Below, piece after piece: positions 12,390-26,699 of a stretch of 64,000 nucleotides of DNA; positions within the stretch are counted from its first letter, which is position 1; each line of letters opens with the position of its first letter. Position numbers and translations under genes: made by a program. The notes below the pieces were generated by a model, which was given only the letters and a program-made list of their open reading frames with translations, had not been told where the DNA came from and searched no databases. The stretch is taken from NCBI RefSeq assembly GCF_009914755.1, contig NC_060926.1. One strand, given 5' to 3'. The DNA is from the human T2T-CHM13v2.0 reference genome, Homo sapiens.

Positions 12390-12672
12390 GTCAAATACAA
12401 TTCTGATAGGTGCCTAAAATAAATGGGTATGGTTCCTAAAATAAATAGGTTTAGTTTTTTTCCTCCTTTTTGCTACTCATTGAATTTGGGCATAAGCTAG
12501 AGTAGTCATATTCAACCCTCTGAGGTTGAGGGTAGCAGGTTTGACTGCCTTTGCTGCCTTTGTTAAAGAGAAATATTATACCAACTCAAACTTTACAGGC
12601 GACAAAATAAATATCTATTTAAGATATTGAAAATTTGGAGATATTTGTAATAATATCGTAAACTGACAATAA
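12390..12672 (+). mobile_element. Degenerate MLT1-like LTR remnant (putative 3' LTR)
   Basis: aaataaatatctatttaagatattg...atttgtaataatat...actgacaataac resembles the MLT1J/K 3' end. Confidence 0.4.
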
Positions 12673-12694
12673 CGGAATTTTTTTTAAAAACCCA

Positions 12695-13027
12695 TTATTT
12701 GAAATTGAATATTAATAGCATAAAATAATTCATCTTTTTAAATGATACCACTCAATGAATATTGACATATGTGTACAGTTGTTTAACCATAACCAAATTC
12801 AAAACATAAAACATTTCATCACCTCAAATATTTTCACTACGCCTCTTTACAGTTAATCACCTTCCATCTCCCAGACAGTATCAAATACCAATCTGTTTTC
12901 TGGCCTTTGTATAGCTTTGCCATTCTTTGAATGTCATATAAATAAAATAATAAAGTATTTAGTCTTTTGTATCTGGGTTGATTCACTTAGCATGATGCTT
13001 TTGAGATTCATGTTATGTTATTGCATG
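12695..13027 (-). mobile_element. L1M (L1MB/L1ME) 3' UTR fragment
   Basis: aacatttcatcacctcaaa, tttgccattctttgaatgtcatataaat, ttcacttagcatgatgcttttgagattcat. Confidence 0.8.
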
Positions 13028-13519
13028 CAAAACGATGTGAAAATAAAGGGAAAGCCATGGATAATCAGTAAACAGTGGCACTAATTCCAGAAAAAAGTGA
13101 ATAAGAGTCCTATAGCCACAGCTGATCTACAGATCGTAGAGTTCCCTGGAAGAGAGTCTGCAGGGTAAAAAAAGATAGCAATGGATAGAACAAATCATCA
13201 ATATTAAATGAACAGTCGATAACTAATGAAGATGAACATTAACAAATATTATAAACCATTATTTAGAGATACAGGTTTATTCACCAGTTTCAATAAAATT
13301 AAAAATGTCTCTCAATGTTTGTGTGGAGGATGACTGCAGTGACCAAGCTGAGATCTTGGAACAACTTTTTCTTTTCTAATAATTTTTTGTGTGTGCATTT
13401 TTATTCTAAAAAAAGACTAATAATAATAATAACAAATAATTTGGCAAAGAATTGTAGATATAATGAATAAGAAAAAGCTGAGAAAATGAATAAATAAAGA
13501 TAAAAATAAGAGCATAGAA

Positions 13520-14146
13520 AATTCTGGGAAAATTTGGAGTAGGATATACCAGGAATCCATCTCTCAACTCAGACAAACAATTACACTGGCAGGATTGTCT
13601 GATGTGACTATTTTTGAACTTTGGAATCTATTGAAGGCATTCAATGTCCAGAAGGTGGCTTGGACAGTAAATTGTGGCTAATTTTGGTCAATTTTAGTTT
13701 TAGCTTGGCAACAGCCACCCATCCTCTGCCTCCCACCCCTATGGTAGGCAACTATGCACATATTCCTGGAGCATTATACATGCATCTTGTGGGATCAAAA
13801 GTGAGTAATAAGGACACTGTTCTCCAAATGTCAGCCATCAGTGTTTTGCTCACTGATTTCTGCTTCTAATCCTGGAGGGGCAGAAACAGAAGGAGTCAGT
13901 CATTGCTGTTGTACCTCTTCACATTGTTGCAAGCCACTCCCTCTGAAGCCAAAATAACTTCCACGGGATTTAAAAGACCAGTGCCTTTTCACCTTCCTCA
14001 TTTTTCTCTTTTTCCTCTTTTGGGAGGCAGGCATTAAAGAGTAGGACATACAAAAGCAATCACATATATAGGGAAAATTAGAAAGTCACAGTGCAAAGGC
14101 ACAGGATCAGAAAATACTTGAAAAAAAAATGTTAAGATTACATGTG
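13520..14146 (+). mobile_element. Old L1 5' region (L1M4-type 5' end)
   Basis: gtgactatttttgaactttggaatctattgaaggc, attgttgcaagcc, tagggaaaattagaaagtcac resemble L1M4/L1MB 5' ends. Confidence 0.55.
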
Positions 14147-15544
14147 AGCCAAGAGAGCTGTCTTTAAAAAAGAAAAAAAAAAGAGACATAGAGAGAATGA
14201 AAAGGAATTAATGCTCTGGAAATTGGAAGAGAGCACATGATGTTGTCTCAACTGAAATCAAGGCACAAGGGAGATCAATGGGTGAGAGTCAAAGAAATTT
14301 TCAAATTTGAAGGAAAATAGAGTAGACAAATCTATGCCTGTTGTCTGCTTATTTAGGCCACTACTTAACAGGTCTTGAAACCACTTGTATCAAAAAGGGT
14401 AAAAAACTCAGCTGTTACCATTAGTAGATGCCCACTTTCACCAGCACTTCACTTGCTCATTCCTCTAATGGCATTCTTTCACCACAGCACATAATCACGG
14501 ACAATGACTGAGGAGAGGGCTTATTAACAGAAATTTAAGGGAATGGAAAAAGCATTTCTGACATTAAGACAATAAGCAGAACCTAGTACTTGAAGGAATG
14601 CAGCAAGGACAGTTCTACTCTAGGCCAAGCATTAAGAATCACAGAGAATGATTAGGCCTCATGGCTTTCAATGCAGAGGAGAGCTCTGAAAGTGGGTATT
14701 CTTTCAGTTCTAGTCTTGGAAAAATTTCAGTTGTAGAATAGAAAAAGTATTGATTGTAAGGACTCACACTAGAAATTGTAGAAAAGAAAATGTGTCTTGG
14801 TGATCAGGTTCAGTTTGTTGATCTAGTTGGACGTGTTGATCCCAGATTTGTTAATCAAGTCCTGATTCTTTTCTCACTACTTGAAAAATTCTAGGCTAAT
14901 AACTTCTTTCTGTGCTTTAGTTTTGTCTTAGGCTGCTTGGATAGAAATAAAGACAAGATTAGCAAAATTAACAACAATAATGTTATATACAAATATATAT
15001 CCATTCTATATCTTCATTCATCATGGGTTAAGCACTGTTTATAACTTATTTTATTTATAAAATTAGGTAGTTTTAAGCCCTTGCAGCTCTTCAATACTGA
15101 TTTTATGATGTAAAACTGAAGATTTGAAAAGTGGTAGCACGGAGAGTTGACTGAAGACTGAATAGTTTTGAGATAAGTATTCTAGCCCTAGCCTCACCCT
15201 ACCCTAGTTTTGAGATAACCATCCTAGGCTGTTGCAATTAAGTTGCTCCAATACAACTATACTCCATTTGGCAGATTCAGATGCCTTCAGGATCCAAGGG
15301 GGCTAAAATAAAAATGTGTGGGGTAAATAAGTATAATACTATAGGAATTTAGAAAGCAGTGCCTGGTCACATCGGGTCTATAAACATTCTGATTCAGATA
15401 AATTTAAATCAAAATGGTAATTAGGCAAAAATAAAGCTTCACACTGTAATTGGACTATAGGCATCAAATATTTTTATTATATATATATAATTAACGTAAA
15501 TATATATGTTTATTAGTTAATTTTCTAAATATCTCTAATGTTTT

Positions 15545-15920
15545 CTCTTGATGGCCCATTTAGACTCCCTTTTATCCTGCTGGTGCACCCATTGTCTAGA
15601 CCCCGTGGGTGCTGCATACTAGCAGCTAACAGCTGCCCTTCTTCAAAAAATCATTCTTGGGCAATTACGACCTATAGCACACAGCCAGTGATTGATTAAT
15701 TAACTTGGGAGTAGAAAGGGAGTCTTTTTGACTCAAAGAGAAGACTAACTCCATGAATATAAGTCATGCTCCAGAGTTTCACCACACACGAGCAGGCTGA
15801 GGGAAGTCTACATGCTTACTTAGCTTTCACCTTTCCCCTTTTCTTTGGAGAACTGCTTTAATGAATCACTTGATTAGAATTCATATCTCAGGCTCTTGTA
15901 GTTTTTCTGACTTCAGACAA
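15545..15920 (+). mobile_element. ERVL LTR16-family LTR
   Basis: cagccagtgattgatt...gactcaaag...catgctccagagtt; end aatgaatcacttgattagaattcatatctcaggctct. Confidence 0.65.
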
Positions 15921-16658
15921 CCTCATATTTTCCTCACAGAACATATCTTTCTATTATGGAAGTTAAGAACCTACAGTGAAATATACCTACAAGTAAAACA
16001 AAGCTAAATAAAACATATTATCTGCATACTGACTTACTAAAAACCAACCTCAGAAGTGAAAAAACAGTTATTTATCATAATAGGTTATGCCAACATTGAA
16101 AGGATAACTTTACCTTTCCTTCCTATTTTGAAGATAAGTTCCAAATATCACAGGAGTATGATATGCTATCTTGGTCTGAACTTGAGCTTGAGATTCTCCC
16201 AAAAATGAAGTGTTTAATTAATCTTTCTACAAAATGGAGTAACCTATACAAGACATCAACAATCATAAGAGAAAGTACGGAGGAATAAAAATGTATGTAA
16301 ATGTGAAGTTAAGAAAAGAATACCAAAGTCTGGAGAACGTTAAGTTAGTGAAGATTCTGATTCTTATAATTGACTTTTAATCCACCTGTAATTCTCTTCA
16401 GAGTGCTTCAAACTACATTGATTTTTACTAAACATAAATAACAATTTTGCTGACAGTTCTCATTTCTGAGGCAAGTGCCGGAGTCCCTGCCACATTTTGA
16501 ATAATGGTTTATTGCTAGAGAAAAGATTAGGTGGCAAATCGATTTCTCAGTGCACTTACTAAAATTTTAAATTCACTCATAGTCATATACCCCACAGTAG
16601 AATCTGCACAAAATAATTTGGCTTTTTTAGAAACAGAGTTTATAAAGCATTGCAAAAT

Positions 16659-16900
16659 TCAAGAACCTATAGAATATACAATACCAAGAGTGAAGACTAA
16701 TGTAAAATATGGACTTTGGGTGATGATGTGTCAACTTAGACTCATTAGTTGTAACAAACGTACCACTCTAGTGGGAGATATTGATAATGGATGAGGTTAT
16801 GCATTTGTGGGGAAAGATAGTATATGGGAAATCTCTGTACCTTCTGCTCAATATTGCTGTGAACCTAAAACTGTCTAAAAAATGTCTATTAAAAAAGAAA
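16659..16900 (+). mobile_element. L1MC1-like 3' end
   Basis: ccaagagtgaagactaatgtaaaatatggactttgggtgat...tatatgggaaatctctgtaccttctgctcaatattgctgtgaacctaaaactg plus A-rich tail. Confidence 0.88.
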
Positions 16901-17690
16901 TATCTTGATGGCATCCACAGGAAGAGAATAGACAATATGCTCTAATAGAAAAAAAAAGTCCATCTACTAAAATACAGCATCTGAACAAGACAGATCTTCA
17001 AATGTCTTACACCTCAAGATAATATATTTTTCCAAAGAAATGATAACAGAATAAATTGTATTAAGAACTCTATCCACAGAGGACACAGCAGGCAATTTGC
17101 CATAGGCTCTTACTTCCGCAGCTATACAGTGATTTTCTTTCTTTTACCCTCTAGTCTGAAAAAAAAACCCTTAACTTTTCACTGTATCTTGGTAATATAC
17201 ATTTTTTATATCCATCTTAGTAGAGAGAAAACCCCTATATATGAACTCCTACTTGATGCAGCAATAGAACTCTAGCTAGCATAAAGATCGATGTGTTCCG
17301 TACTTGGTTATGAAGCTGTCAGTAGAGTCCCCGTTGTTGATTCATGATTTTCATACATTATTACACACTGGTCTTTTCATTGAATTTCAGCATTAGGACA
17401 GTTATTGTTTGTAGTGGAAGTTTGCCGTGAAGAGTGGAGAAGTAAAAGAAAAGGCATTGCTATAGATCAACAATGATCCAGTGGCAATCTAATGAAAATT
17501 TATTTTCCATTACATGTTTGGGTATTAAATTATACTTGTACAGAGCAAATTATTCAGCTTGAAGAAAAACAAAATCACATTGGTAAAACAAAAAAATGTT
17601 AATTATTTCAAAATAAATGCTTTATATTAATTGTTTCAAGAATTATTCACAATGTCTCAAGTTGTTCTTGTCTTATCTAAAAAACATAGA

Positions 17691-18090
<400 letters not shown>

Positions 18091-18249
18091 CTAGAAAAAG
18101 AAGCTTCAGACCTTCCCTCTAAAAGGGCTGATGTCCCTTGTGGTGGAGCATAATAATGAAGTTAACATAGGTAGGAATTTGGTTTTTTGGGCCTCCTAGA
18201 CAAATGTATGTCACCAATACTTTTGAAATTTTTTGACACAATCCATGAG

Positions 18250-18670
18250 CGTAATGGCCATGTTTAACAACTGATGCTTCTAAAAACAACAACAAAGCCT
18301 TGATTTATAGTGCCTGCCAGTATCTGTGGTGTAAATATTTCCAACAATATCTATTTCAAGTTAATGGCATGATATCAATGAACATTGGGAAAATGATGTG
18401 AAGTATCACACCATTGTATTTATAAATATACTAAAACAACAGAATAATAACCTCAAGAGTATAGTTAATAGTGAAATAGATTAAGCTAATTAAAAAGTGA
18501 TGAATTTGAGTATTTTAAGCATTTATCTCTTTAAAAGGATTTACAAAATGTACATTATGCAATTTAATTTTTAAAACTGGCTGTGTTTAACAACCACTTT
18601 CAAAAACTTTTCTGAAAATTTAAAAATTGGTTCTCATGAGCCATTTGAAGCTGGATCCAAAATATCATTA
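18250..18670 (-). mobile_element. MER63 (hAT-Blackjack) DNA transposon
   Basis: aataacctcaagagtatag, aagtgatgaatttgagtatt, tggctgtgtttaacaacc...ctgaaaatttaaaaattggttctcatgagcc. Confidence 0.75.
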
Positions 18671-18684
18671 AATATAACCACACC

Positions 18685-18686
<2 letters not shown>

Positions 18687-18716
<30 letters not shown>
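18687..18716. repeat. (TG)15 microsatellite
   Basis: Direct read. Confidence 0.95.
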
Positions 18717-18717
<1 letters not shown>

Positions 18718-19250
18718 ATCTTAATTGAAGTTGTTCTATTATAATCAAAATGTAGTAGTCAGCCTTATATCTAAGGTCTGTAAATGTCAACTACTTTAGT
18801 CATAATCTGTTGGCCAAGATAAAGAAATGGACCATTACAAATAATATTTGCTTTGGGAACCTTGCTTAAGAGTTTTGGGGACTTGTTCTTAAGACTCGGA
18901 ACACTAAATTTCCACCTGAAACAAAATTTAGGATTCTCGAGTAGGCATGACATGGCTGTCATTAGTCAAAATAATGCTCTTAATTCTTATATAGCCCTTC
19001 TGTCCCAAATTCTTAGCTGGCATTCTACCTTGGGGTCCTGTGGGAAGTCTTAGCAAGAATCCCATTTACCCCAATCAAATTTTGGCTGTGAAACAAGATC
19101 CGCCTTTCTTGATTCCTTTCCAATTCTTGAATTCCCTATTCTGGATTCAAATACCCTGGGAAGGAGAGGGTTTCCTAAATAGATGGAATGTTCTTCTCCA
19201 TAAAGATAACACATACAGACAATAAACAAATGAAAAGAATTTTGACAGCG

Positions 19251-19379
19251 CCTTCCTTCTTTCCTTCCTTCCCTCCCTCCCTCCCTCCCTCTCTCTTTCT
19301 CTTTCTTTCTTCCTTCCTTCCTTCTTTCTCTTTCTTCTTTCTTTCTTTCCTTCTCCTCTCTCTCATTCTTTTCTCTTTT
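19251..19379. repeat. Polypyrimidine (TTCC/TCCC/TTTC)n low-complexity tract
   Basis: 19251-19364 contains only pyrimidines. Confidence 0.95.
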
Positions 19380-19499
19380 ATAACTGAAGACTTCACTATA
19401 AAGTGTAATCGCTCTAGTGTTCTCTGTAACCTGAATGTGTACTATGAAGTTAGATTTAGGGGAGGAACATTGCATAAAAATCAAACTCTGAAAAACATA

Positions 19500-19620
19500 A
19501 TCTTCATTTTAGATATAGAAAGGTTGAGATCAGAAAAATGAAATAATTTGTCTTAGGTTAAACAAAATATAAGTGCCAATATTTGAATCCAGATATGCCC
19601 AGTTCTAAAACTCATTTTCC
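19500..19620 (-). mobile_element. MIR fragment
   Basis: cattttagatatagaaaggttgagatcagaaaaatgaaataatttgtcttagg...atttgaatccaga. Confidence 0.6.
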
Positions 19621-20041
19621 CACCAACTCCCCTTAGCTTACTTTAGAATTAAACCTCAATATTAAATGAGCACTGGACTCAGGAGTTTAACTATTCTTGT
19701 TTGCAACATCAGTCCCTAAACACTCCTTTGTTTCAAAGAGTCTTAATCTAATCTCAAAGAAAGAAATGGCAGTCACTTTCAAGGGTGAAACACTATGGAA
19801 GAAGACTACTAAAATGGAATTATGGTAATTGTAAATAAAAGTAATTAAAATTAATTTATTGACAAAAATTAGGCAATTGGCCACTGATTTACAATAATAT
19901 TACTTTTATTCTCATTATCCAATGCAATCAAAATTAGATAAAATATATATGGAATCATGGTCTCAGACACTGTTTCCAAAAAGTTTTAGAACATGGTTGA
20001 CAGTGAAAAGCACACTTTATGTCATTACAGAGTACTTGCAC

Positions 20042-20062
20042 GTGTGTGTGTGTGTGTGTGTG
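20042..20062. repeat. (GT)n microsatellite, ~10 units
   Basis: Direct read. Confidence 0.9.
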
Positions 20063-21460
20063 CATGTACATACACATTAAGATGTTCAAACAAAAGATTT
20101 GCAAAGCAATATTGATCCTTGTTGGATGAAATTTCATTTTTGCAATTTTACCTCTTTTACCTAATTTATTTGAAAATGCTCTTCTTAGCTGCTAAATTAT
20201 TTCCTTACCTACGAAGGTTACAAACTATGGATTAAAAATCATGTAAAATGAAAACTTACATAAGGTACACAACACTCAATTGTTCTGGCAGCATTTTCCA
20301 CCACATTTTAAAAATCAACCTTAAATAAATGAGGCCTGTAATTTTGAGTATACCATTTAACCAAATAGCATAAAGAGGGATTAGAACATTCTAAGTTGCC
20401 TAGTGTTATTCTCTAGTTGTTGCTTCATTCTCTCCTTAAGGTCCAAACATAATATTGTGTGCTTATACCCTTACTATGGCATTCACCATAGGTGCATCTT
20501 GTTTTGAATAGCTTTTATTTGTATGCAGTTTTTCCTTTGACTGAGGAGAAATATTTTTCTCTGAAGCTTCCATTCTTTCATCCTTACTATGACTCTGGAG
20601 TCACATAGGACCCTTCTTTTCAAGTATTTGAGGAAATATTTCTTGTGCCATTTTATGGATCTCTTCCAAAACATAAACACCCCAGTTAAATAATACCTTG
20701 CACATGTCATAGCTTTGGGTGTCTTCACTGTCTCCCAGCTCTCTATTTGGAATTCACTCTGATTTATTTATGTCCCAATTAAAGCACTTTGCAAAGAATG
20801 CAACACAATTCCTAGGAGTTGTTTCTCACTCGCGCTAATTCTAACTCTCTTAAGAACCAAAACATTTAATCATAGATTCTTTACATATCCTCTTTAGCCC
20901 CATTTTTACTTTTGACAAATTTATTATGGACCATAAAATTCAGGCTTCAACTATGAATTTAGAATTGTTTTTGTTTTTTTTCTAATATTGCATATATAAA
21001 AGAATTCCTGGCTAGTCATGGTTGATAAACAGACCATGTTATCCAACATTCGTTCTTTCTCCAAAACACATGTCTCAACAGAAACTATTACAGGCCCACT
21101 TAAATTGTCTTTTGTAGTCTTTAAAGTTGAAACTAAAACTAGTAATGTAAAGCAGAATCTTCTACTGTTTATTGAATTTTTTTACTATAAGTGAAGATCC
21201 AGACTAATGATCTCCTATTCTCGCATCTTTACATCTATATTTTTTAAATGACAGCAACTCTCATCCACTTAACAATCCAAGCTTTGGATGGGAAAGCATT
21301 TGGAGAAAATGGGCCTGTTAGGGCTAGATAGTAGGATAGTGTCTGTTTTCTTATATATTAAATCAGAAAGAGGTCTATTAAATGTTTGCTTTGAATGTGT
21401 TAATTAAGAAGCATGTAGGCAATTTGAAAATTATAAATTGTTTTTACAAGTTAAGACGGT

Positions 21461-21836
21461 GTGCAGCCATGTGAAAGACAAAATCATGTCCTTTGCAACA
21501 ATGAGGAGGCAGCTGAAGACCATTATCCTCAGCAAATTAACACAGGAACAGAGAGTCAAATACCACATGTTCTCACTTATAAGCGGAAGCTAAACATCAG
21601 GTACTCATGGACATAAAAATGGCAACAGTAAACACTGAGGACTACTAGAAAGAGAAGGGAGAGCAGGAGGGGCCAAGGGTTGAAAAACTAACTAACTATT
21701 GGGTATTATGTTTACTACCTGGCTGATGGAATCATTCGTACCTCAAACCTCAGCATCACGCAATATACTCATTTGACAAACTTGCACATGTACCCCCCCT
21801 TAACCTAGAATAAAATTTGAAATTATTTTAAAAAAA
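21461..21836 (+). mobile_element. 5'-truncated L1 3' end (L1PB4/L1PA16-17-like)
   Basis: ccacatgttctcacttataag, gggttgaaaaactaact, aaacctcagcatcacgcaatatac; TSD ttaagacggt / ttaagacagt. Confidence 0.9.
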
Positions 21837-22153
21837 CATTAAGACAGTCATATAATTAAGTATTCACAAGAGAAGAAATTGAGCTGGACACCTATCCCTG
21901 TGCTGCTTAATCCTTCTGAAAGAAGTAAAATAAGCAATATTATATTCCATAAAGAAAATTTTTATATGCTACTATTAAAAATATATCCTTGGTAATTCTT
22001 TAATTTTGTGATCTTTCTTGTCTGCATGATGATTCTTAACCTTCTTAACCTTTATATGTCTATATTGTTCAACACTACTTTTCAAACTCCATCAAAATTC
22101 AAGGCAATCATTTGATAAATGTTTTATAAAATGCATTTAATTTATACTGCTTT

Positions 22154-22267
22154 GACTGGGCACAGTGGCTCACACCTGTAATCCCAGCATTTTGGGAGGC
22201 CAAAGAGGGCAGATTACTTGAGCTCAGGAGTTCGATACCAACTTGGGCAACACGGTGAAACCCCGTC
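22154..22267 (+). mobile_element. Alu left monomer (FLAM_C/AluJ-like), no A tail
   Basis: gactgggcacagtggctcacacctgtaatcccagc...ttgagctcaggagttcga...gtgaaaccccgtc, then abrupt end. Confidence 0.9.
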
Positions 22268-22940
22268 ATAGACCCAATAAAGTTAATTCTTCTCTAAGAA
22301 TAATTTCATTAACCAGGACAGAAAAAAGTCTCCACCAGAATTTAGGTATGTAAAATATATCCAGTGCATTATACCTAGTATGGTACTGGACACATGGTGG
22401 ATAACTCAACTAAATATTAGGATTATATACAGAAACGTTTTACCCAAATTAATAATTTGGAAGATACATAAACTTCTCACACAATGTTCTATTAATAATT
22501 ATTATACCAGCTGATTGGACACATATTTTAAGACGTGACGCTTTGAATGTCTCCAGTGACATCAATTTCCAAAAAAGTGTTTCTGAGTGTGTCCCGGTCA
22601 CTTCAAGTTTATTGCAGCTAAATTCAACTGAAGTGTCTCTGCTTCTAATCTGGGAAAGCCTTCATCATGTGCCATATCTCTAGGCCAACAGTTGGAGTTT
22701 GGGTACCCTTTTTTGGCCACCTCAGTAGTCTACATATTGGTAAACAAGAAAACAACAGTTTGGGTGGCGGATTACAATGTTTATGACACATGATTTTTGA
22801 GGCTTACAGGAAAAAAAATATACATTTTATTTCTATTTTTGACTTTAATATCACCGATTGCCAAATAGCTAAAGAAATGTATGTGGTTTCTGACACTTTC
22901 TAATACCCCATTTCTAGAATCTGTTCCCTTCAAGCGACCC

Positions 22941-23343
22941 TGTAATTGTGCATTTTGTTTTGCTGTAACAGAATACCTGAGACTGAGTAGTTGATAAAGA
23001 AAAGAGGTTTATTTTGGCTCACAGTTCTGCAGACTGTATAAAAAGCATGACCTCAGCATCTGCTTCTAGTCAGGGCCTCAGGAATCTTCTAATCATAGCA
23101 GAAGACAAAGGGGGAGCTGGTGTGTCACATGGCAAGAAAGGGAGCAGGAGAGCAAGTGAGGCTGTCCCAGACTCTTTTTAACAACCAGAGCTCATGCATA
23201 CTCATTGCTGTGGGGAAGGCACCAAGCCATTCAAGAAAGATCCATCTCCATGACCTAAACACCTCCCACCAGGCCCAACCTCCAGCACTGGGGATTACAT
23301 TTTAACATGAGATTTGGAGGGGACAAATATCCAAATTATATTT
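22941..23343 (-). mobile_element. MaLR solo LTR MSTB
   Basis: gaatacctgagactg...tggctcacagttctgcag...aacacctcccaccaggccc...aacatgagatttggaggggacaaatatccaaa. Confidence 0.9.
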
Positions 23344-24088
23344 TATCCTCTTTTTTGACCATCATATACCACTCTGTTCTGACCCTATGTACCACTACAA
23401 AATGCACCACTACCAAACTCCATCTTGTTAGTGAGGCCATCTTATCCAAAGCACTTTGGACTCGGAAGCTGAAATCTGCATGGTGATTTGTCAACTTCTC
23501 CATCCATTGTCTAGTTTTGCTTTCATAAAGACAATATAAATTACAACTCAAAAATATTAAGCCTTTAAGTAAAATTTACAAAATTACATTATTATTAACA
23601 AAGAACAGATGAAATGCATAACCTAGCTGTAACCAAGCTCTACAACCATGGGTCCTGCTTAGGAAAGAAATTCTTTCTTTAAAAAATGAATTGGCTACAG
23701 TTTCCAAGCAGCAGATGAGTAGGTTTGAATCTAATTTTCTGCTACTGCTGAGTTTAATCTCATGATATCTTAATTTACCTCTTCACTCTCTCCTTCCATT
23801 ATGTCTTTCAGATTCACCATGACAACTGCTTTTCTATTCACTTCCTCTCTAGTTTCTTCTACCTCATAATTTGGAAACCTTTCTGCTTTGCACAAAAATG
23901 TTCTCATCCTCCAGAGGAAAGGTTAGGTATTTAATCTTATGAATTCCTTTGATTCCTAGAAGTGCCATCAGGACTTTATTCCCAGAAACTATTATTTTTT
24001 CAAAAGTTTCTTAATGTTAGAAACAAAAAGCTATTTATTTATGTAGGATGTCCTGGATAGGAGCTAGGCATAAAGGATCAAACACAGC

Positions 24089-24631
24089 TGTGGCATATTA
24101 AACATGGCCTCAAATACACTGACAATCATCCTACTGAGAGGTGAGGTTTAATGCCCCTTTCCTTGATTTGGGCTGGCCTTAGAGACATGCTTGACCAGTG
24201 TAATGTGGCAGTAATGTTACTTTGAGATTTCAAGGTTGAGTCATATAAAGGTTTACAGCTCCTGGCTGAGTTTCTAGAAACACTTGCTCTTGGTTCCTTC
24301 AGCTACCATGTAAGAAGGACAGCAACCCTACTGTAGAGATCATGTCAGGGTTCCAGAGACTGAATGGAGAAAAAGAAGGGCTCAACTGAGCCCAATCTTC
24401 CATCTGTCCCTACTAAACTTCCATACATATGAGTGAAGCCATCTTGGACCATCCAGACCGCAAGCTAAACACCATTCAGTGACCCCTACCAATGCTGTGT
24501 TGGAACAAAAAGATTCCCCTGAGATCTATACCCTAATTCTTCGCCACAAAATAATGAAATAAAATAATATGTTTGTTGGTTAAGGCCACAAAGTTTTGGA
24601 GACACTTGTAAAGCCATAGCTAACTGGAACA
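24089..24631 (+). mobile_element. MaLR solo LTR MLT1H/G-like
   Basis: Starts tgtggcatattaaacatggcc, contains gagtgaagccatcttggac, ends taactggaaca. Confidence 0.85.
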
Positions 24632-26699
24632 TAATTCAACATCTAATGCATTTACAAACTCATTGTTCAGATGGACAATGACAGTAGTAAGATTGCTATC
24701 ACAGCACTTATTCCTATAACCATGATGCAGTTTATATTTTGCATTTAATGATACAAAATATTGTGGGGTTTGAAACAAATTATCTTTAAGTATGCAAATG
24801 ACTATGATTTAAGTTAAAGACCATATTATATTCATTCCATTCTATTTTATAATCACTGTGATTTTTTTAAACCTGTTTTAAAATCAATAAGAAGCTATTT
24901 TGAAATCAAATTAAGTGTGGTAGATCAGGAATGAGGGAAAAGTATCTTTAGAATGAAAGTAACACTATTCAAAAACTTCTAAATCTCCTTAAGGAACAAA
25001 TATGGTGTGTGTGTATTTGTTATATGTGTAATGAATATATTTATTTATTTGTTGACTTTGTGAGTTAATTTGAAGCCAAAACTCAGTGTCAATCTCACTA
25101 ATTCTTAGCTTTTCTAGACTTGCAAAAAAATCACTTTCTTTTACTTTTATGTTTTATTACTGTGTCTGCCGGTTAAACAGAATCCGCTGGCACATATTCT
25201 AAGTCTCTGACTGTTAGACTGTTAGGCAGCAGAAATGATGATGAGAGAACAGCAGTCAGTGCCTAGGCAACCCTCTTTCATCCTGAGGACATCGCTGATG
25301 CTTCTTTTTGTTTTTCTTTTGTTTTGAATACACATACACCTACATAAATACTTGTCTGTCATTGTACTCTACTGTGAAAAATGTCTTAATTCAATCATCA
25401 GAACCTGCATGAAATCTGGCAAAGAGAATAAAGGAAGAGTACTTGTGCTAAATGTGCTTGGTACAAATCAAAAGTAAATTGTAAATGGGGATGACAGCAC
25501 TGTAGCAAAGAAACGTTAATGCCTTTTCATTCCACCATCTACAGCTTTACTCTCCCTTTCCACCATTTTTACCACTTGTGTACTTAGAAGTCCCCCAAAA
25601 CAAAACCAAACAAACCATGTTTTGCAGAACAGTGCAGCTCTAATTTTACATATATACTTTTTACTCAATAAAATAAAAAGTTCTAAATAAATATAAAATA
25701 TCATATTATTTTACCTTAAAAAATTTACCTTAAAATTTCTGACTATGATTCCTGTGGCATTAGAAAACATCCCTGGCATGGGTTTTCCACAAAAATGTAT
25801 TCAGTCCTTTTATATTAACTTTTAAAAAGTCGATTATTTGACTCCTAAATATGAAAAATAAAAGACCTTTTAAAACATAAGCCATTTAAAAAATTCAAAT
25901 ATTATAATAATAGAAGACATAGTTATTACATAGAAGTTTAAATAAAAACAGGTCTATGATTTCTAATCCCCTAATGAATCAGTTGGATTCTAAAGCAAAG
26001 ATCAGGTATATCTGCACAGAAGAAATAAAATTATGACTTCTCTGCAAAAGAGATCGGAATAGTTGTCCCTAGTGTAGTTGATTTCATTTTCTAATGACAA
26101 TATCTGTAAAGAGATTATGAATATAAAATAATCTTTGCAACAACTCATCAAACCACCCCCAAATTATAATTTATTAGCAAGCACTTGAAGAAACTCCATA
26201 CTCAAAATATACCAATTAAGAAGAAGCTGTTCTGTAAACATCTTATAAAGCAGATCACTGGTAAAAGTGAGAATTACTTCTATCTCCGGCACTGCCTATA
26301 TACACATTGAAGAATCCAGGAAACCTGGTACAGCACTACTAAGGAAACAGCTTCTGAGCCTCTTGAATGAGGAGCCAGAATCTGATAGCCTTCTGCCTGT
26401 ACCACAACTAGCATATATGATCTCTTGCTTCAAGAGATAGTGTCTCCTCAAACTCACAGATTTAAAGAACCCAAAGGTACTGTTTGGGAAGCTCTGGGAG
26501 GAGCAAGCATAGTAAAGTACATGGTTTTGATTACTATTTTTGAAACATTTGATTTATTCAGAGTATTAAAATAACAACAACAAAACAGGCAGTGGAAGTA
26601 TAGAACTTTCCATTTCTGGAAAATAGAGGGTCACTAGGAGAAAACTATTCAAAAACTGAAAATTAACCTGAGGATTGTGATCATTAAGTTGCTGCTTTG

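Noticed and set aside
18215-18770. Possible MER119-like host element around MER63
   Set aside because: Similarity too weak to call from memory.
19050-19541. K/E/R-rich and F/L/S-rich ORFs
   Set aside because: Translation of the CT-rich microsatellite.
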